Below are positions 61,434 through 64,000 of a stretch of 64,000 nt of DNA, in pieces. This DNA is from Polyangiales bacterium (GTDB taxonomy: Bacteria; Myxococcota_A; Polyangia; Polyangiales; JADJQN01). Where the stretch lies: positions 352,001-416,000 of the forward strand of contig CAXNJO010000004.1 of assembly GCA_964202905.1 (NCBI GenBank). The letters are read 5' to 3'. Position 1 is the first letter of the stretch; every line of letters begins with the position of its first letter. The position numbers were made by a program, and so were the translations under genes. The notes below the pieces were generated by a model that saw nothing but the letters and a program-made list of their open reading frames with translations, did no database searches and was not told the DNA's origin.

Positions 61434-64000
61434 CTAACGCGTGCCGGAGGGCCTCACGAAGCGCGGGCTGCGCGCCGTGTCGGGGAAGTAGCGGACGCGC
61501 GCGCCCTGCAGACGCCCCCACCGCGTGTAGGGCAGCGGTTGTGTATCCGGAAACAGCGCGTCGGCCGCGGGGCGCTCGTCGGCGACCCACACGAGCGCGT
61601 CGGCGATCTCGACGCTCCGCTCGCGCGCGCCATCGACGGCGACTGTCCGATCGCCCGCGCGGAAGGCGAGCCGTGCGCCCTCCGGCAGCGCGACCGCGTG
61701 CGCGACCCCGGCCGCGCGGAGCAGCGCGCCGAGCGGTACATCGCTGCCGTCTCGCTCGACGTAGACGACGAACCCGTGCTCGTCGACGCCGAGCGCCGCG
61801 CCCGCGGCCTCGGTCGTCATGGCGTCGGGCCCGGACACGAGCGTGCGCGCGCCCGCCGGCGGCGTGCCGACCGCGTAGGACACGCCGAGCGCGCCAGGAG
61901 ACGACGCGCGCACCGCATAGAGCGCGTACGCCGCACCGTCCCGCGCGAGGGCCCTGCCGCGGGTCAAATAGGCGAGCGGTCGGCTCGCGCCCGGCGGTGC
62001 GAGCGCCGTGGGCGGGGCGCGCGTCGCGTCGATCCGCAGGACCCACGCGCGCTCGGTCGCGTCGCCGAGCGCCGCGCGGGCGAAGGGATGCGGCCACCCC
62101 GCATGCGGGAGCCCCTGCGTCGAGAGACGGGCGGGCCCCTGCCCTGCGAGGCCGGGGAGATCCGGGCCCGGCAGCATGGCGCGCAACGTCAGGAAGAAGA
62201 AGTCCCGCGGATCGCGGCGGATGTACCTGGGGAAACGCATCGGATCCATGGAGCGGACGGCCTTGCGCGCGCGCACCGTCCACGCGCCGGTCGCGCCCTC
62301 CGGGTTCGGGAGCGGGCCCTCCCACGCGTCGTCGGACGGCGGCTCCGCGAGGGGCGGCAGCGCGCCCGCGTCCCGCGCGAGACGGTAGAATTCGAGCCCG
62401 GTGTGCTTCGAGTTCATGTCGAGATGCATCCCGCGGACGCAGCGCACCGCGTTCATCGCGGCCCCGAGCGACTCCGGACCGAGACTCCCACCCCAGAAGA
62501 ACGCGAGGAACCCCTCGCGCGTCACGCAGAGCCCGGAGCGGTGCGTGAACGTCTGCTCCGTCGCGGCCTCGGGCGCCGCGCCCCACCACCACCGCTCCCA
62601 GGGGTTGTAGCGGCCGTCCTCGACGACCGTCGTGAGGTTCTGCCGCATCGCCACCATGCCTTGCGGGATCTGCGCGGTCGCGGCGCGCTCGTCGTACGCG
62701 GCATTCGACGCGGGCGCAGGCCACGAACCGAGCCCAACGTGACCATCTTCAAAGATGGCGACCGTGGCGGCCCAGGGCTTGGGAGGCAGGTACACGCGCC
62801 CGTCGGCCATCATGCCGAACTCGCCGTGCAAGGCTTGAAACCCACCGTTGAAGCCCGCGACGAGCCGCGAGAGCGTTCGTTCGTCGCGAGGGATGAGCCC
62901 CGTCCCGGTCTCACCCGTCGCGCTCTCGGGCTCACGCGTGCCCATGGCGATGTGGAGCTGGACCTGCCGGGCATCCCACATCGTCACGAACACGCGCGCA
63001 TAGCGGCGCTCGGCATCGGGTCGAAGGAAGGTCTGGAAAAAAGGCGGCGGCGCGTGCGGCCAGCGCTGCACGAACGCCGGGTCGTCGACCGCGACCCATT
63101 CGCCCTCCCCGCGCAGCGGGTCGTCGAGGAGCGCAGGCACGGGAGCGGGTGGCCACCCGGCCTCCGCGTCCGCTTCCTCGAGCAGCGCGCGCGGGCTGCC
63201 GGGGTCCTCGCGCCCGCCGGTGCGTGGGCCGCCGAACTCTGCGGCGGCGTCATCCGCCTCCGAGTTCGCGTCGCCCGCGACCGCGTAGCGGAGGCGCTCG
63301 AAGCGATCCTTGAGACCGAACACCGTGTGCTCGAGCCACTCGATCGGCGCGGCGCCGATGAACGACACGTTGCGCACGGTGTCGACGAGCCACGTGATCG
63401 TCCCCGGGACCGACTTCTCGGTCGGACGCGACTCGACGAGCGCCGCCCCCTCCACCGGCGCCTCGCGCGCCGGGTCGAGCACGATCCGCGCGCCGTCGGC
63501 GCGCAGGACGAAACGGCCCCCCTCCCGTGCGACGACGAGGCGCGCCGCAGGGGTGATCAATCCGTAGCGCCGCCTGCCGAACCCGGACGCCCGCCCTGTC
63601 TCCTGCACATTGGTGATCGCGTTCTGCAGGCGCGCCCGCGCGGGCCAGCCATCGGTCAGCACGGCCGGCTCGCCCCGCACGTCGAGCACGGTCACCGCAT
63701 CGAAGCGATCTCCGACCCGCGAGGCGTAGAGCACCGCGCTGCCGAGGCGCACCGGCGCCTGCTCCGCCGCGCTCGACGTGCGCGTGAGATTCGTCGTCGC
63801 GCGGACGTCGAGCACGCCGCCATCCCGCGTGCAGCGCGCTTCGGCGTAATAGAGATCATCCAGCTCGCCGCGCGCGCTCGCGAGCAGGAGCGCAGCCCTC
63901 CCCCGCAGGGCCGTGCCCTCCTCGCCGAGCCAGACGACCGTGCTCGGGTCGACGCGCAACCCGTCACGCGCGAGCGCCGCAGCGAGGGAGCGCGCGTGGT
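61434..64000 (-). CDS. Large protein with a phosphodiester glycosidase (NAGPA)-like domain; 5' end outside the window
   Basis: Frame open to the window edge; VAGFNGGF, HRSGLCVT, GMHLDMN motifs. Confidence 0.65.
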   Translation of the reverse strand, partial: HARSLAAALARDGLRVDPSTVVWLGEEGTALRGRAALLLASARGELDDLYYAEARCTRDGGVLDVRATTNLTRTSSAAEQAPVRLGSAVLYASRVGDRFDAVTVLDVRGEPAVLTDGWPARARLQNAITNVQETGRASGFGRRRYGLITPAARLVVAREGGRFVLRADGARIVLDPAREAPVEGAALVESRPTEKSVPGTITWLVDTVRNVSFIGAAPIEWLEHTVFGLKDRFERLRYAVAGDANSEADDAAAEFGGPRTGGREDPGSPRALLEEADAEAGWPPAPVPALLDDPLRGEGEWVAVDDPAFVQRWPHAPPPFFQTFLRPDAERRYARVFVTMWDARQVQLHIAMGTREPESATGETGTGLIPRDERTLSRLVAGFNGGFQALHGEFGMMADGRVYLPPKPWAATVAIFEDGHVGLGSWPAPASNAAYDERAATAQIPQGMVAMRQNLTTVVEDGRYNPWERWWWGAAPEAATEQTFTHRSGLCVTREGFLAFFWGGSLGPESLGAAMNAVRCVRGMHLDMNSKHTGLEFYRLARDAGALPPLAEPPSDDAWEGPLPNPEGATGAWTVRARKAVRSMDPMRFPRYIRRDPRDFFFLTLRAMLPGPDLPGLAGQGPARLSTQGLPHAGWPHPFARAALGDATERAWVLRIDATRAPPTALAPPGASRPLAYLTRGRALARDGAAYALYAVRASSPGALGVSYAVGTPPAGARTLVSGPDAMTTEAAGAALGVDEHGFVVYVERDGSDVPLGALLRAAGVAHAVALPEGARLAFRAGDRTVAVDGARERSVEIADALVWVADERPAADALFPDTQPLPYTRWGRLQGARVRYFPDTARSPRFVRPSGTR

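Overview
Very GC-rich bacterial chromosome segment. Gene content suggests Myxococcota, probably Polyangiales-like (inferred from the PEGA-domain Ser/Thr kinase, sigma54 activators, type IV pilins and myxobacterial-type hypothetical proteins). Left to right: (1) a lower-GC edge region with a bactofilin-like beta-helix protein and an SPFH-GYF-TerB-like protein; (2) a FadR-regulated lipid module (GMC oxidoreductase, tocopherol-cyclase-like protein, fatty acid hydroxylase), an MMPL transporter and a transsulfuration enzyme; (3) a NorR-like GAF sigma54 activator divergent from ahpC-ahpD, with three palindromic enhancers and a -24/-12 promoter; (4) a complete oleABCD operon; (5) parAB and ileS-lspA-lgt-folD, with unusual IleRS motifs; (6) an RHH protein with a repeat-rich promoter, and 5-oxoprolinase; (7) nrdR-ribD(reductase only)-ribE-ribBX-ribH-nusB; (8) rlmD-like, mnmA, cysteine desulfurase, methylmalonyl-CoA mutase and slyD; (9) a HARE-HTH/inactive Mrr protein, yafJ-like and ddl; (10) pilR with pilins, a PEGA kinase and a NAGPA-like protein cut by the window edge. 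Four single-base frameshifts in otherwise intact genes are probably sequencing errors. No rRNA, tRNA, CRISPR array, transposase or integrase was recognised. All calls are by-eye motif recognition; no searches were run.
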